This document shows, piece by piece, positions 8,272 to 17,534 of a stretch of DNA of 56,311 nt. Below the pieces are notes generated by a model. That model was not told where the DNA came from. It searched no databases and was given only the letters and a program-made list of their open reading frames with translations. A program made the position numbers and the translations under genes. Each line of letters opens with the position of its first letter. Within the stretch, counting starts at the first letter, position 1. Source of the stretch: a virus (lineage: Duplodnaviria; Caudoviricetes); IMG/VR virus record IMGVR_UViG_3300036833_000194, positions 1 through 56,311 of that record, one strand, 5' to 3'.

Positions 8272-9903
8272 TTATTCTTCATCAGGAACTTTATCAAGGT
8301 CTGTCACAATTTCGAGGCTACATCGACACGACGGATGCGGATCAGGCGGCGCGTCCATCTGACCATCGATACTCTCGAACGAGTCGTCGATGCCAATTCC
8401 GTCCGGATTCATATCGGGAATCGATAGACATACCTCGCATGTTTTCTCATCAAGAGCGACCTGCCAGAATTGCTTCACGGAATCACTCGTCAGCGCACCG
8501 CGATCGATCGCCTGCGCGTAAGCATCCTGCAGTCCCGCGTTCACAGCCCTAGTCGATTCTGTCTCAGCAATCATCTGCGCTCTAAAATCAAGATAATTTT
8601 CAGCATAATCCGCCACCATCGACGAAATGGCCACATCCGTGAGGTCTTCGCCGGCATCGATCGCAGCCTGGACCTCCTCATCATAGGCTGTGTTTCGCAG
8701 CCGGCGCACCAGCGCGTCTGGATCGAGGTCGTAGAGCATGTTCTGGTAATTCATGACCGCCTGCGACTGACGGTCGGTGAGCCCGATCAGCGAGCGGATG
8801 TCCTCGACGATCTCATCTGGTCCGAGTCCAGATTGCGCGCCTGCGAGGATGATCGAATCGATGCTATCGCGGGCCTGCTGTTCAAGTTCGGCAATGAGAT
8901 CATCATCTTGCGCTTGACGGATGCGATCCTGAGTTTTCTGATCATAAAGATCAAAATTGAAACGGCCGCCGATGTCCTTGACGACCGTTTCAGCGCGGTA
9001 TGGATCGGTATGGTTCAGTAGGGCTGGGCTGACGATGGCAGGGTTCGGGTCGGCTGGGCGCGACTGAACGAGATTATTCGCCTTAGATATTTTGTCAACA
9101 TATCCATACTTGATGCCGTTCGCGATCGATTCCTTGTCCATCGCCACTGGCATGCGCGCAACGCCGCTGTCGCGCAGAACCGCGAAACGATGGCGCCCGT
9201 TGTCGAAGCCGACTCGGCCATCCGCTTGGATGCCGACGTCAGAAGCCTGCATGCTATCATGGCTGGCTAGGTACTCTTGGAATCGTCCATAGCGCCCGCT
9301 GACTTCTCCCCCGACTTGGCCAGACACTTTGCCGCCGTGGCCGACGTAAAAGTTTTTGTCCCTGGACCACGCTTCGTCGAAACGCGCGACGTTCACCTCG
9401 ACGAGCTGCTGGCCCAACGCTCTGGACGTCGGGGAAAGCTCGACAGTCACCGTGCGACCACCGACATGCACTGACTGGCTGGATGTCTCGCCACCGCCAC
9501 CGCCCGTCCATCGCCCATGTTCATCCCGTGGCTGATCAGGGCTGTATTTCAGAAGGTCGATGACAACGCCTTCTTTGCGGAACCGCACCGCGCGCCGCTT
9601 GGCCGCGAACACGCCGTTGATCTTGCGCGCGCCGAGTTGCGCTCCCTCCTCGCGCACCTTGCCGATACGAGCGAACGCTCCCTTCAGAACCTCGCGGAAA
9701 TGGCCCCATGCGATCTCGCGCTTGAGCCCGTGCCAATCTCCGGCACGCGCATGCTGGAGCGCAGTGTCTGGCACGAGCGTGCCCAAGTGCATCAGCGCCT
9801 GCTTCACGGCGCGCTTGATGCCGGCAACACCAGCATCGGCTATGCGGCGGACGGGGTGGTCGCGGTCTTGGTAGTGGCGGGCAGCTCTAACGACCTTGGC
9901 CAT
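8272..9903 (-). CDS. Head morphogenesis (MuF/SPP1 gp7-like) protein with inserted ParB-like domain
   Basis: C-terminal RAQMIAETE...W...DEKTCEVC...PPDPHPSCRC. Internal KYSPDQPRDEHGRWT and FDNGRHR motifs. Alternative GTG start at 9936. Confidence 0.85.
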   Translation of the reverse strand: MAKVVRAARHYQDRDHPVRRIADAGVAGIKRAVKQALMHLGTLVPDTALQHARAGDWHGLKREIAWGHFREVLKGAFARIGKVREEGAQLGARKINGVFAAKRRAVRFRKEGVVIDLLKYSPDQPRDEHGRWTGGGGGETSSQSVHVGGRTVTVELSPTSRALGQQLVEVNVARFDEAWSRDKNFYVGHGGKVSGQVGGEVSGRYGRFQEYLASHDSMQASDVGIQADGRVGFDNGRHRFAVLRDSGVARMPVAMDKESIANGIKYGYVDKISKANNLVQSRPADPNPAIVSPALLNHTDPYRAETVVKDIGGRFNFDLYDQKTQDRIRQAQDDDLIAELEQQARDSIDSIILAGAQSGLGPDEIVEDIRSLIGLTDRQSQAVMNYQNMLYDLDPDALVRRLRNTAYDEEVQAAIDAGEDLTDVAISSMVADYAENYLDFRAQMIAETESTRAVNAGLQDAYAQAIDRGALTSDSVKQFWQVALDEKTCEVCLSIPDMNPDGIGIDDSFESIDGQMDAPPDPHPSCRCSLEIVTDLDKVPDEE

Positions 9904-12583
9904 GACGGTGGATTGCCCGCTTCTTGGTCGAGACACCGAACCGCGGCCCCGACAACCTGATCTGTCGACGAGCGGCCGACGCCAGGATCATCTTTTCCAA
10001 GTTCGTCTGCCCGGCCGCGGGCGGCTTGCCGGGTTGCGGCGGCTGCGGCTGCGGCTGCGGCTGCGGCTGCGGCTGCGGCGGATTCTGTATTCGGTCAAGC
10101 GATGCTTGAGCCTTCTGATCTTCGAGCTCAAGCTGATCGTCCGTCAACCCGGCCGCCTGCAGCGCCCGGTCATCCTGGATGTCCGGGAGGCCCCCGGCAT
10201 CGAGGATGTAGCTCTGCAAGTCCTCGTTGGGAAACATCGGCATCCCGGCCTGGCTAAGCCTCAGAACGAAATTCGAGAGCACGTCGAGGTCCACCCGCTG
10301 CGCCATGTCCGGCTCAATGGTCGGCTTGCTGTCCGCATCCCAGCCGTTGAGTTTCCACAGGCGCGCCACAGCATATTTGTTGAGAACGGCAGCGATGGCG
10401 TTCAGGTAAGCCTCGACCGCCTGGAAGAACAAATCAATCTTGCTGACGGCAAGAGACTGAGTGCCGCGGGCTTCATGCCCCAGCGTCAGGAAGTCCGCCA
10501 AGACCGACGTCATGATGCTTAAATTGTAGCGCGTGATAGTCGTGTTGAAGTCGAGCCCGGCGGTGCGCATGTTCGGCGTGATCAACTCGAACTTGTACTG
10601 CGGCGCCGCACTGGGTCCGTTCGCTCCTGGCTGCATGTCCGATGGCAGCACGAGCCCCATCTGCTCGTCGATGCGCAGGTTCACGACGATCTTCTTGTAC
10701 ATGTTGAGCGCAGCGGTCGCAGCGGCGTCGCCAGCCTGCGCAGCCTCCATCAGTTGGCCTGGCACATACAGCACCGGGATGCCGGCCAAGCGCTCAGAAA
10801 GGATAGCTTCCTGCTCTCCAAGACGCTTGGAATAATAATAGGGCAAATAACTATTTCTTAGAATAGAACGACCTTCCGGATTCGCCTTGTAGTGAATGGG
10901 ACGAAATAAAAGCATTTTTTCAATGGGTAGATCAATCAACGGACCAACCCATGGCTGCTGCGTCATTCCCTTGGTGATCCCATTCTCATCGAAAAACCAC
11001 TTGATGACCGTGTCTTGTCCTCTCAACGGAAGGCGGCGCCAGCCGATCTTGCCGTCGTCGTACTCGCTCGTCGGCAAATCATGGCCAGGTCTGTCTGGAT
11101 CTGGTCCCGGTTCGCGGCCGAGCCGCCGCTTGTAAACGATCTCCATCGGAGCAAACCCGAATGGCAGCATCGACAGCGCCTCGCCGACAAAATCGGGCCA
11201 CGTGTGCGAGTTGCCGCACCACACCGGTTTTCCGTTGCGCCTGACGAGAACAATACCAGATGGCACAGACACGCAGTACACCTTGCCCTGGTAAGGTCGT
11301 TTGTACCAGCCGCGTCCGTTTCTTAGGTACGGCGATCCATGATCCTTGACATCGGACCAAAGCGAAACGCGATAGCGCATGGCTCCGATAGCAAATCCAG
11401 TCGTCTGTGTACTGGATAAGATATTCGCCACGTACCCGGCTTTCAGGGCGATCTCTTGCAGATCATCCGCTAATTGCTGCGATGATGTAAACAAAGCTAT
11501 TAGACCGGTCTCGGCCGCCCATCCATCACCTTCTGAGAACCCACGCAAGAAAGCACGCAGTTCTTCCGGGGGCGCTTCCTTTAGCCACTCCGGCAACCGT
11601 TTGAATCTTGACGTTGCGCCAAATTCTTCACGCAACAGCGTTGCGAATTTCTTATCTGACCAAATCCATTGCGTAGAGTCGTTGACTTGGCGTGTGCTCA
11701 TTTTTCCGCGAAGGCCAACGCGGTTTACCAATTCTTCGACGTATTCCGTTTCTTTCTGGATGAGATAGATTTGACCACGCTCAGTCGCATGACCATCGGC
11801 TACAAAGAATCCAAGAAATTCAAGCCAGTCCAGATCACGTCCGGACCGATTGCCAATCCATTGCACTTTCTTCGAGACCCAACCGCATTTATTGTAGATG
11901 TCCTCGCATTTGTAAATTTTCAGATCGTGCTTTTGCGATGCGTCGTGCTTACGTCCACTCCGCATGGCGAACAGCATGCGATGACTAGGTGTGACCAGAA
12001 AATCGACGGCATCGCCAGCATTGCCCATCAACTCGCCATCAAAATCATAGTCATGTCGAGCGGTAGGTTTCACAAATTCTAAGAATCCTTCGGCTGTCCT
12101 TTGCGCAACCTCATCATCATCTTCTAATTCCTCAAACCTATGCCAGCCTCTCTTGGTCAGAATTTCTGTTTCGTCGTCATAGCACATGTCGTCCATGCAG
12201 GATTCTAGGAAGTCGGCGCCCTCTTGGCTCGCTCCTTTATTTTCGCTCGGGTTGACCCGCCATTCGACCTTGCGCATCAGCGACTGGATCGCGAACAGCA
12301 GCGCCCCGATCGTCGGCGAATTGTCCATCATCTCGCGGTACTTCTGAGCGCCTTGCCTCCCACGCAATACTTGAAGGAACTCCTCGAAGGGCCAGCCCCC
12401 AAAAAATCTAAGGCCCGAGCTGCCAACTTCGCGGAACGTCATCCCGCTACTCATCAGGGGAATGGCGCCCCATGAATTGTAGTTTGGCTTGTCAGCGACG
12501 GGTGGGCTAGCAACTTGGCTTCCTACGTTGACCAACTTCGGATCGATGTTGGGCATCGGAGGCAATTCGTCATTAGGTGGCAT
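9887..12583 (-). CDS. Portal protein (DUF935/Mu gp29-like) containing an intein
   Basis: Follows TerL; NPEGRSILR..Y..YY.K, ER..GIP, I.RY...I...VLA.FL.LG....G..SL motifs. Confidence 0.9.
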   Translation of the reverse strand: MPPNDELPPMPNIDPKLVNVGSQVASPPVADKPNYNSWGAIPLMSSGMTFREVGSSGLRFFGGWPFEEFLQVLRGRQGAQKYREMMDNSPTIGALLFAIQSLMRKVEWRVNPSENKGASQEGADFLESCMDDMCYDDETEILTKRGWHRFEELEDDDEVAQRTAEGFLEFVKPTARHDYDFDGELMGNAGDAVDFLVTPSHRMLFAMRSGRKHDASQKHDLKIYKCEDIYNKCGWVSKKVQWIGNRSGRDLDWLEFLGFFVADGHATERGQIYLIQKETEYVEELVNRVGLRGKMSTRQVNDSTQWIWSDKKFATLLREEFGATSRFKRLPEWLKEAPPEELRAFLRGFSEGDGWAAETGLIALFTSSQQLADDLQEIALKAGYVANILSSTQTTGFAIGAMRYRVSLWSDVKDHGSPYLRNGRGWYKRPYQGKVYCVSVPSGIVLVRRNGKPVWCGNSHTWPDFVGEALSMLPFGFAPMEIVYKRRLGREPGPDPDRPGHDLPTSEYDDGKIGWRRLPLRGQDTVIKWFFDENGITKGMTQQPWVGPLIDLPIEKMLLFRPIHYKANPEGRSILRNSYLPYYYSKRLGEQEAILSERLAGIPVLYVPGQLMEAAQAGDAAATAALNMYKKIVVNLRIDEQMGLVLPSDMQPGANGPSAAPQYKFELITPNMRTAGLDFNTTITRYNLSIMTSVLADFLTLGHEARGTQSLAVSKIDLFFQAVEAYLNAIAAVLNKYAVARLWKLNGWDADSKPTIEPDMAQRVDLDVLSNFVLRLSQAGMPMFPNEDLQSYILDAGGLPDIQDDRALQAAGLTDDQLELEDQKAQASLDRIQNPPQPQPQPQPQPQPPQPGKPPAAGQTNLEKMILASAARRQIRLSGPRFGVSTKKRAIHRHGQGR
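10041..10076. repeat. (GGCTGC)6 microsatellite encoding a Pro-Gln run in the portal C-terminus
   Basis: Six perfect in-frame hexamers (PQPQPQ...). Confidence 0.9.
11210..12184 (-). mobile_element. Intein (325 aa) with LAGLIDADG endonuclease in portal
   Basis: DDM|CYDDETEILTKRGW...VTPSHRM...FLGFFVADG...FLRGFSEGDG...VYCVSVPSG...RRNGKPVWCGN|S. Confidence 0.93.
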
Positions 12584-12836
12584 CGCCGCGCTCCGTCAAT
12601 GCACGAAGGGCGGCGTTACGAGCTTTCAGCGTCGCCGATATCCTTCGTCGAACTTCTTCTGTGGGACTGTATGATGGTCTCAACAACTGGATCGAACGCA
12701 TATGTTCGGCGCGCCGAATTTTTTCTTCTTGGCCGACGATGACGTCGCCGTTCTCGAGGACGACGACGGTGTTCGCCACGATCTGGTGCTTGATCTTGAT
12801 CGGCGCTGTTGGAGGAGTGTTGGTGGGAAGCTTCAT
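12573..12836 (-). CDS. Hypothetical protein
   Basis: 87-aa ORF with AAGGAGG-like RBS (GAAGAAGG), overlapping the portal start. Confidence 0.55.
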   Translation of the reverse strand: MKLPTNTPPTAPIKIKHQIVANTVVVLENGDVIVGQEEKIRRAEHMRSIQLLRPSYSPTEEVRRRISATLKARNAALRALTERGDAT

Positions 12837-12976
12837 GCCTTCTTCTCACAAATTGATAGTGCCACATCGCCACATGTTCAGCCCTCGCCACCATCCGCAA
12901 TACCACCATAGGCCACCCGTCCTGCGGAATCCTGTGTTCTTGGGAAGAAACAAGACCACATCGAAATCGAAAAGCA

Positions 12977-15442
12977 TCATTCCTCGAAGCTCCCGTGGAT
13001 CATGAGCGGCTGCGTGACGATGATCGGGGCGATGATGCGCGTGTTGGGCGTAAGCACGAACCGCGAGAACGCTCGCGACATAGCATCGACCTGGTCCTTG
13101 TAGGCTCCAGACGGGAAACAATTATGCACGAGCACACCATTGGCGACGTACTCTGGCATCTCATTGACCTGCAAGTTGTAGACTCTGTGTACGCCTGACA
13201 GCATGCGAATTGAAGATACCACAACGTCTGCTGCAAAATTGTTGGTGTCGAATTTTAGGCTTGAACTCTTCCCCGCACCAGTCGCACCGTTTCGATTCGA
13301 GGCGCTTATGCTTGTTGTTAGCAACGTCTTGCCAGTGAGCAGTCTTAGCACAAGAGATGCTGCAGAATTTGGCATTCCAATGATTGGTTCTGAACAGTTT
13401 GCCGCATTGCTCGCATTTGTGCCTACGCAATCGAAAATTTGGGTGAGCATCCCGCCAGCAGCGCGGCGAACAATATTCGTTGCGTGAACTTGCCGCATCG
13501 AAGGGTTCACCGCATTCGACGCACCTTCGTTCAAATCGATGACGCCCAAGCTTCCGATGTTCGGAAGCGGTGAGACATTGAAGGTTCTCGACGCGATTGT
13601 TTGTCGGATCGCCGTCTCGATGGTGGATATGACATCCTGAAGGAATAGAACCAACTTCGTTTTCGTAAACGGTACGATGTAGGAGAAGCCGCGTACCTCC
13701 GCCAGCGCAGCGGCTGGAAAAGTACGGTCTACTGCCTTCGATCCAACGATAGATGATGTTCCTGTAAACCGTAGTAACGACTCTCCTTCCCTGAGCATCT
13801 CGGCTTTCTTGAAACCGTAGCCCGGACGAAAGATTTGGTGATCGAAAGTAGTTCTCAGCCGTCGCCCATTGGAAAAACCGATTTCGCATATGCGTTTTGT
13901 TCCTGTGCAGCCGGATTGAAGTACGCGACGCCAACCGAGACGAGTCATGACCCAATCATCAGTAGTCACTTGAGCAATCGGCTTGTCTCCTTGCGCTGTA
14001 GTCACAATAGCCGTTTCATCTAAGCACGCAAGCTCATTAAGGAACGCTTCGTTCCATGGCCCATCGACGACGGCAACGTTGCCAGCCTCAGCCTGCGACT
14101 GGACGGGGATCGCGCGGTCGGCCTTCTCCCCGCTCTCGGGCGTCGCCGTCACCCGGTAACCGACGAGCGCTGCGACAAGAGAGCGCGCCTGGATCGCGCC
14201 GGCAGCCCCAGGGTCCTGCGGCAGGGATATCTCGACCGACTTGCCGTCCGCCGACGCCGTGTTGACGATCATCGCCTGCGGGTTTTCCACGCGATCGCGG
14301 GCGACGTGAGCGATGTAGAACTTGCTATCGGCTCGGCAGAATCCGACCTTGACGCCAGCCGTGTAAGCCGAGGTCCTCTTGACGCTGCCGGCGAGGTCCC
14401 AGCCGCGCACCCAGCGGCAGTCGGCCGGGGCGGCGGGGACGACCTTGAACCAATGCCGCTTGAACATGAGGCCGCCTCGAGGCGAAGGACGCTGCTGGTG
14501 CTGGCCGCTCACTGCATGGGTTCCCATGGTTGCCTCGTCGCGGTCGACGGCCGCCTCCGGGAACCGCTCGGGGAACAGAAGCTCGCCATCGGCCGTGCGT
14601 AGGTCGCGCCCGAACGGCGTGACGCACGCCCGTTCCGGCTCGAACCGCATCGGCAGCATCACGTGAACATAGCGCAGCTTCATCGCGAGGATGACCCCGG
14701 ACACGTCCCGCTCGTGGAGCCGCTGCATGATGACCAGGATGGCGGACCTGACCGGGTCGTTCAGCCGCGTCGTGGCCGATTCCCGGAACCGCATCGTGGT
14801 GCGGTCTCGGTCCGCGTCGGATTCAGCCGTGTCGATTGAGTGCGGGTCATCTATCAGGAGGCGGTCGGCCCGGCTGGCCGTCAGCGACCCGAACGGTATC
14901 GTCATGCGCCATCCTGACGCAGCGCACTCGATGTGGCCCTCTCCCGTCTTCGTGAGCTTGACCCTGTCGCCCCACAGCCTCTGATACCATTCCGACGACA
15001 CCAGCGTCCGGAACCGGCGGGCGTCGCGGTAGCAGTTGTCCTCGCGGTATGAGGTCGCGATGTACTGCAGGTGCGACAGGCCGCACGGGCCCCATTCAAA
15101 CGCAGGAAAAAAGACACCGAGCAGGAGCGATTTTCCGGTACCGGGCGGGATGTTGATCAGCAGCCGATTATCAAGGCCCTTCGCCAGAAACTCGTCCCTC
15201 GTGACCGCCTCTAGGTGCCGGCACAGCATCTCGATGTGCCATCCATGCACGTAGGGCGTCTCTGGGAGCACGACCGGCCACGCCTCCCGGACGAACCCCG
15301 CCAGCGATGAGCACCTCGCCCTGACCGCGTCGATGTCACCGGACCGCTGCTGATCAATGCTGCGTCGGGCCATCTCCGCCCGGATCGCTTCCTGGGACGG
15401 CAAGCGCTGCAATAATCCCATCGAGCGTGCATAGCTGGGCAT
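12977..15442 (-). CDS. terL: Terminase large subunit containing an intein
   Basis: Walker A NIPPGTGKS, Walker B LLIDDPH, IMQRLH, QQ.P, nuclease GWDLA and FP.G..KDQVDA. Confidence 0.95.
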   Translation of the reverse strand: MPSYARSMGLLQRLPSQEAIRAEMARRSIDQQRSGDIDAVRARCSSLAGFVREAWPVVLPETPYVHGWHIEMLCRHLEAVTRDEFLAKGLDNRLLINIPPGTGKSLLLGVFFPAFEWGPCGLSHLQYIATSYREDNCYRDARRFRTLVSSEWYQRLWGDRVKLTKTGEGHIECAASGWRMTIPFGSLTASRADRLLIDDPHSIDTAESDADRDRTTMRFRESATTRLNDPVRSAILVIMQRLHERDVSGVILAMKLRYVHVMLPMRFEPERACVTPFGRDLRTADGELLFPERFPEAAVDRDEATMGTHAVSGQHQQRPSPRGGLMFKRHWFKVVPAAPADCRWVRGWDLAGSVKRTSAYTAGVKVGFCRADSKFYIAHVARDRVENPQAMIVNTASADGKSVEISLPQDPGAAGAIQARSLVAALVGYRVTATPESGEKADRAIPVQSQAEAGNVAVVDGPWNEAFLNELACLDETAIVTTAQGDKPIAQVTTDDWVMTRLGWRRVLQSGCTGTKRICEIGFSNGRRLRTTFDHQIFRPGYGFKKAEMLREGESLLRFTGTSSIVGSKAVDRTFPAAALAEVRGFSYIVPFTKTKLVLFLQDVISTIETAIRQTIASRTFNVSPLPNIGSLGVIDLNEGASNAVNPSMRQVHATNIVRRAAGGMLTQIFDCVGTNASNAANCSEPIIGMPNSAASLVLRLLTGKTLLTTSISASNRNGATGAGKSSSLKFDTNNFAADVVVSSIRMLSGVHRVYNLQVNEMPEYVANGVLVHNCFPSGAYKDQVDAMSRAFSRFVLTPNTRIIAPIIVTQPLMIHGSFEE
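13121..14026 (-). mobile_element. Intein (302 aa) in the TerL nuclease domain
   Basis: ELA|CLDETAIVTTAQGDKPI...LRTTFDHQIF...VYNLQV...YVANGVLVHN|CFPSG. The in-frame middle has no recognisable endonuclease. Confidence 0.93.
13161..13889 (-). CDS. HNH homing endonuclease with Zn-finger repeats, nested out of frame inside the TerL intein
   Basis: LLHRTVYE...IPSGCHIHHRDGDPTNNRVENLQCL...H followed by three CxxCGxxF...(F/Y)CSxxC repeats. Start uncertain (ATG 13889 or TTG 13955). Confidence 0.88.
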   Translation of the reverse strand: MRNRFFQWATAENYFRSPNLSSGLRFQESRDAQGRRVVTTVYRNIIYRWIEGSRPYFSSRCAGGGTRLLLHRTVYENEVGSIPSGCHIHHRDGDPTNNRVENLQCLTASEHRKLGRHRFERRCVECGEPFDAASSRNEYCSPRCWRDAHPNFRLRRHKCEQCGKLFRTNHWNAKFCSISCAKTAHWQDVANNKHKRLESKRCDWCGEEFKPKIRHQQFCSRRCGIFNSHAVRRTQSLQLAGQ

Positions 15443-15839
15443 CGGTCATCTTCGAAGGGTCGAGCTGCGGGAACTTGTGGTCGACCGAGCCGAGGCGCGG
15501 CCGGAGGTATGGCGCTATCTTCTCGCACATCTTGGCAGCGTTCAGCAACGCCTCGTTGAACACGCCCATGTTGCCGGTGGGCCGGCCTTCCGCATCGACC
15601 TTGCGCTGCTCGACCATGGCTTGATTTAAGAACTGCTTGGCGATGACGATCAATTGGTCGACCGGGTCGAATTCAAGCGGTACTGCCGATCTTGCCAACT
15701 CTTGGTTCATCGGTTGCCGCGGCTTCGGTCTAGGCGGCGGGATAGGTTCACCGCGCCTTTTGGCGATCGTCCGCTTGTTCGGCGTCCCCTTCTGACGGCC
15801 GCCGTAGCGCACTCCAGGTGGTGGTCCTCGCCTTCCCAT
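15354..15839 (-). CDS. terS: Terminase small subunit (putative)
   Basis: GGRQKGTPNKRT and AA...APY..PRL motifs; overlaps the TerL start. Confidence 0.75.
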   Translation of the reverse strand: MGRRGPPPGVRYGGRQKGTPNKRTIAKRRGEPIPPPRPKPRQPMNQELARSAVPLEFDPVDQLIVIAKQFLNQAMVEQRKVDAEGRPTGNMGVFNEALLNAAKMCEKIAPYLRPRLGSVDHKFPQLDPSKMTDAQLCTLDGIIAALAVPGSDPGGDGPTQH

Positions 15840-15903
15840 AAGCTATTTATAACCTATTTGATGTACCTAGTCTTGATGCAGCCGATTAATCTCGTACGAG
15901 CTC

Positions 15904-16536
15904 TCACATCCGCGTCGCCAACGCAGCCCGTTCGACCTCCGTTAAGTCCCAAGCTGCCACGACCAGCCAAAGATCGGCCTTGCCGATGCGCCGAAGCAAC
16001 CAGGGATCGGCTGGGGGCACACGCTTCCATTCGGCCTCCCAAAGAACGTGATAGTTCTCGAGGCCGCGCTTGGGCCGAAGATGGAGGGGGATGATCGGAA
16101 GAATAGCCTCGTGGTTGCTCGTGTTGAGGCGGAAAGGCTTTTCACTAGGTCCCCATTGCCGTAACGGAAAGCTATCCGGCGGGAACGCGAACGTTTCTTC
16201 GCCAAATCGCAGTTGATTCTTGCGCTTCTGCCAAAAATCCGCGGTCGGCGACATGATCATTGACCCGTTTCGGTCACGGCGCAGATGGCAACTCTTCGCC
16301 GACGCTGGCGCCAGTGCGAGCTTCGGCAGAAACTCCGCATTCAGGCCCGCGATCTTGATGCTCTCGATGGCACGGATCACGACCTTGCCGGTGGCCAGGA
16401 GGTGGTACGTCCGCTGAATTTCCCAATCGATCGGCTCCGAATAGGCGCGGTGCTCTTTGTACTTTCGATATAGCGCGAGCGCCTGGAGGCGGTCGACTTT
16501 GATGATCTGGGGCTGCATGATGTTTTCTCCTTTCAT
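15904..16536 (-). CDS. Conserved phage hypothetical protein
   Basis: LWEAEW...P.DP.LL.RI....W.V.AAWDLTEVERA motif. Confidence 0.7.
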   Translation of the reverse strand: MKGENIMQPQIIKVDRLQALALYRKYKEHRAYSEPIDWEIQRTYHLLATGKVVIRAIESIKIAGLNAEFLPKLALAPASAKSCHLRRDRNGSMIMSPTADFWQKRKNQLRFGEETFAFPPDSFPLRQWGPSEKPFRLNTSNHEAILPIIPLHLRPKRGLENYHVLWEAEWKRVPPADPWLLRRIGKADLWLVVAAWDLTEVERAALATRM

Positions 16537-17351
16537 CGGAATGTCGCTGCGATGTGGCGCGCAAGCGGCATTGGTATCTTGGCGATCATAGCGGACGCGG
16601 CCTTGCGGTGTAGCGATGAACTCGGGAGCGATGCTGGTCCTGTGTCGAACCAGACAGCGCCAGAGGCGTGGTGCTCGGTCGGGTTTGTCATGTGTGGCGT
16701 GTGCGCGATGGCGTCACCGCGTGAGTGAGGTACGTTGTTGTGCGATACGCGGAACCACGAACCGCCGGCGTTCTTGACCGCCTCTTTCCCAGCCAACCGC
16801 GTGAAATCCTGACCTCGTTTTTCTTGATTGCTCCAATTCATGCCGGGAGCCTTGATCCCGTTGAAGGTGACCGGCATCAGCGCCGGCACATCGCCCCAAA
16901 GATGGAATGATCCGAAATTCCAACGGCTTCGGCCAACCCACGGCTGCGCGCCTTTGACGTTCTCGACGATCATCGGAACGTGCCGCATGGCTGCGATGCT
17001 GGCCTCTTTCTGAATGCGAAAGCAGGCATTGAACAAGCGATTGAGCCGTTCCAGTTCCGCGCCTGTCGCATCGGCTCTGATCGCCGCAGCCTTGGCTTTG
17101 GCGCGCCTCCAAGGCATTGCCATGTAGCTGTATTCTTGACATGGCGGCGACGCGACAATCAGCGTGGCGTTACGGAATTGCTTGCCGTGCAGCTTCAGCA
17201 CGTCTTGCACAACAAGCTGCCCCGGATAGCGGTGTTCACCGTATTCATGCCGCTCAATGTCGAAGCCGACGACGTAGTAGCCTTCGGCTAAAAGTCCTTC
17301 TGCCCATCCACCTAGGCCGGCGAACAAATCAATCGCGAGCGGGCGGCTCAT
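16533..17351 (-). CDS. Compact DNA cytosine-C5 methyltransferase-like protein
   Basis: Motif I IDLFAGLGG, motif IV ASPPCQEYS, motif VI IVENV; short C-terminus. Confidence 0.8.
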   Translation of the reverse strand: MSRPLAIDLFAGLGGWAEGLLAEGYYVVGFDIERHEYGEHRYPGQLVVQDVLKLHGKQFRNATLIVASPPCQEYSYMAMPWRRAKAKAAAIRADATGAELERLNRLFNACFRIQKEASIAAMRHVPMIVENVKGAQPWVGRSRWNFGSFHLWGDVPALMPVTFNGIKAPGMNWSNQEKRGQDFTRLAGKEAVKNAGGSWFRVSHNNVPHSRGDAIAHTPHMTNPTEHHASGAVWFDTGPASLPSSSLHRKAASAMIAKIPMPLARHIAATFR

Positions 17352-17399
17352 GCCAAGCATCTCCGAGTAAGCGCCGCCGACGCCGGCGCCGCCGCGCTA

Positions 17400-17524
17400 T
17401 CGGCATGGCTCGCATTGCTGCGCGACTGAGCCAGCCGACAGCACCTAAAGCGGCGATCCTGGGGACAGGTTTCGACCAGGTACTCCCCGTGCGTGGAAGT
17501 CCACAGGCGGCCGCTTTAAGCTCA
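17400..17524. ncRNA. Candidate structured RNA
   Basis: Hairpin at 17400-17438. Stem taaagcggc/gccgcttta (17446-17454/17510-17518) encloses further helices. Confidence 0.4.
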
Positions 17525-17534
17525 AGTTTCTTCG

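Noticed and set aside
10041-10076. Phase-variable switch in the portal
   Set aside because: The hexamer unit preserves frame and only alters a Pro-Gln linker.
13770-13900. Canonical -1 slippery heptamer linking the intein frame to the HNH frame
   Set aside because: No in-frame X XXY YYZ found by eye; the mode of HNH expression is left open.
17455-17510. tRNA or tmRNA (GGGG...TTCGA)
   Set aside because: No cloverleaf, acceptor stem or CCA end could be built.
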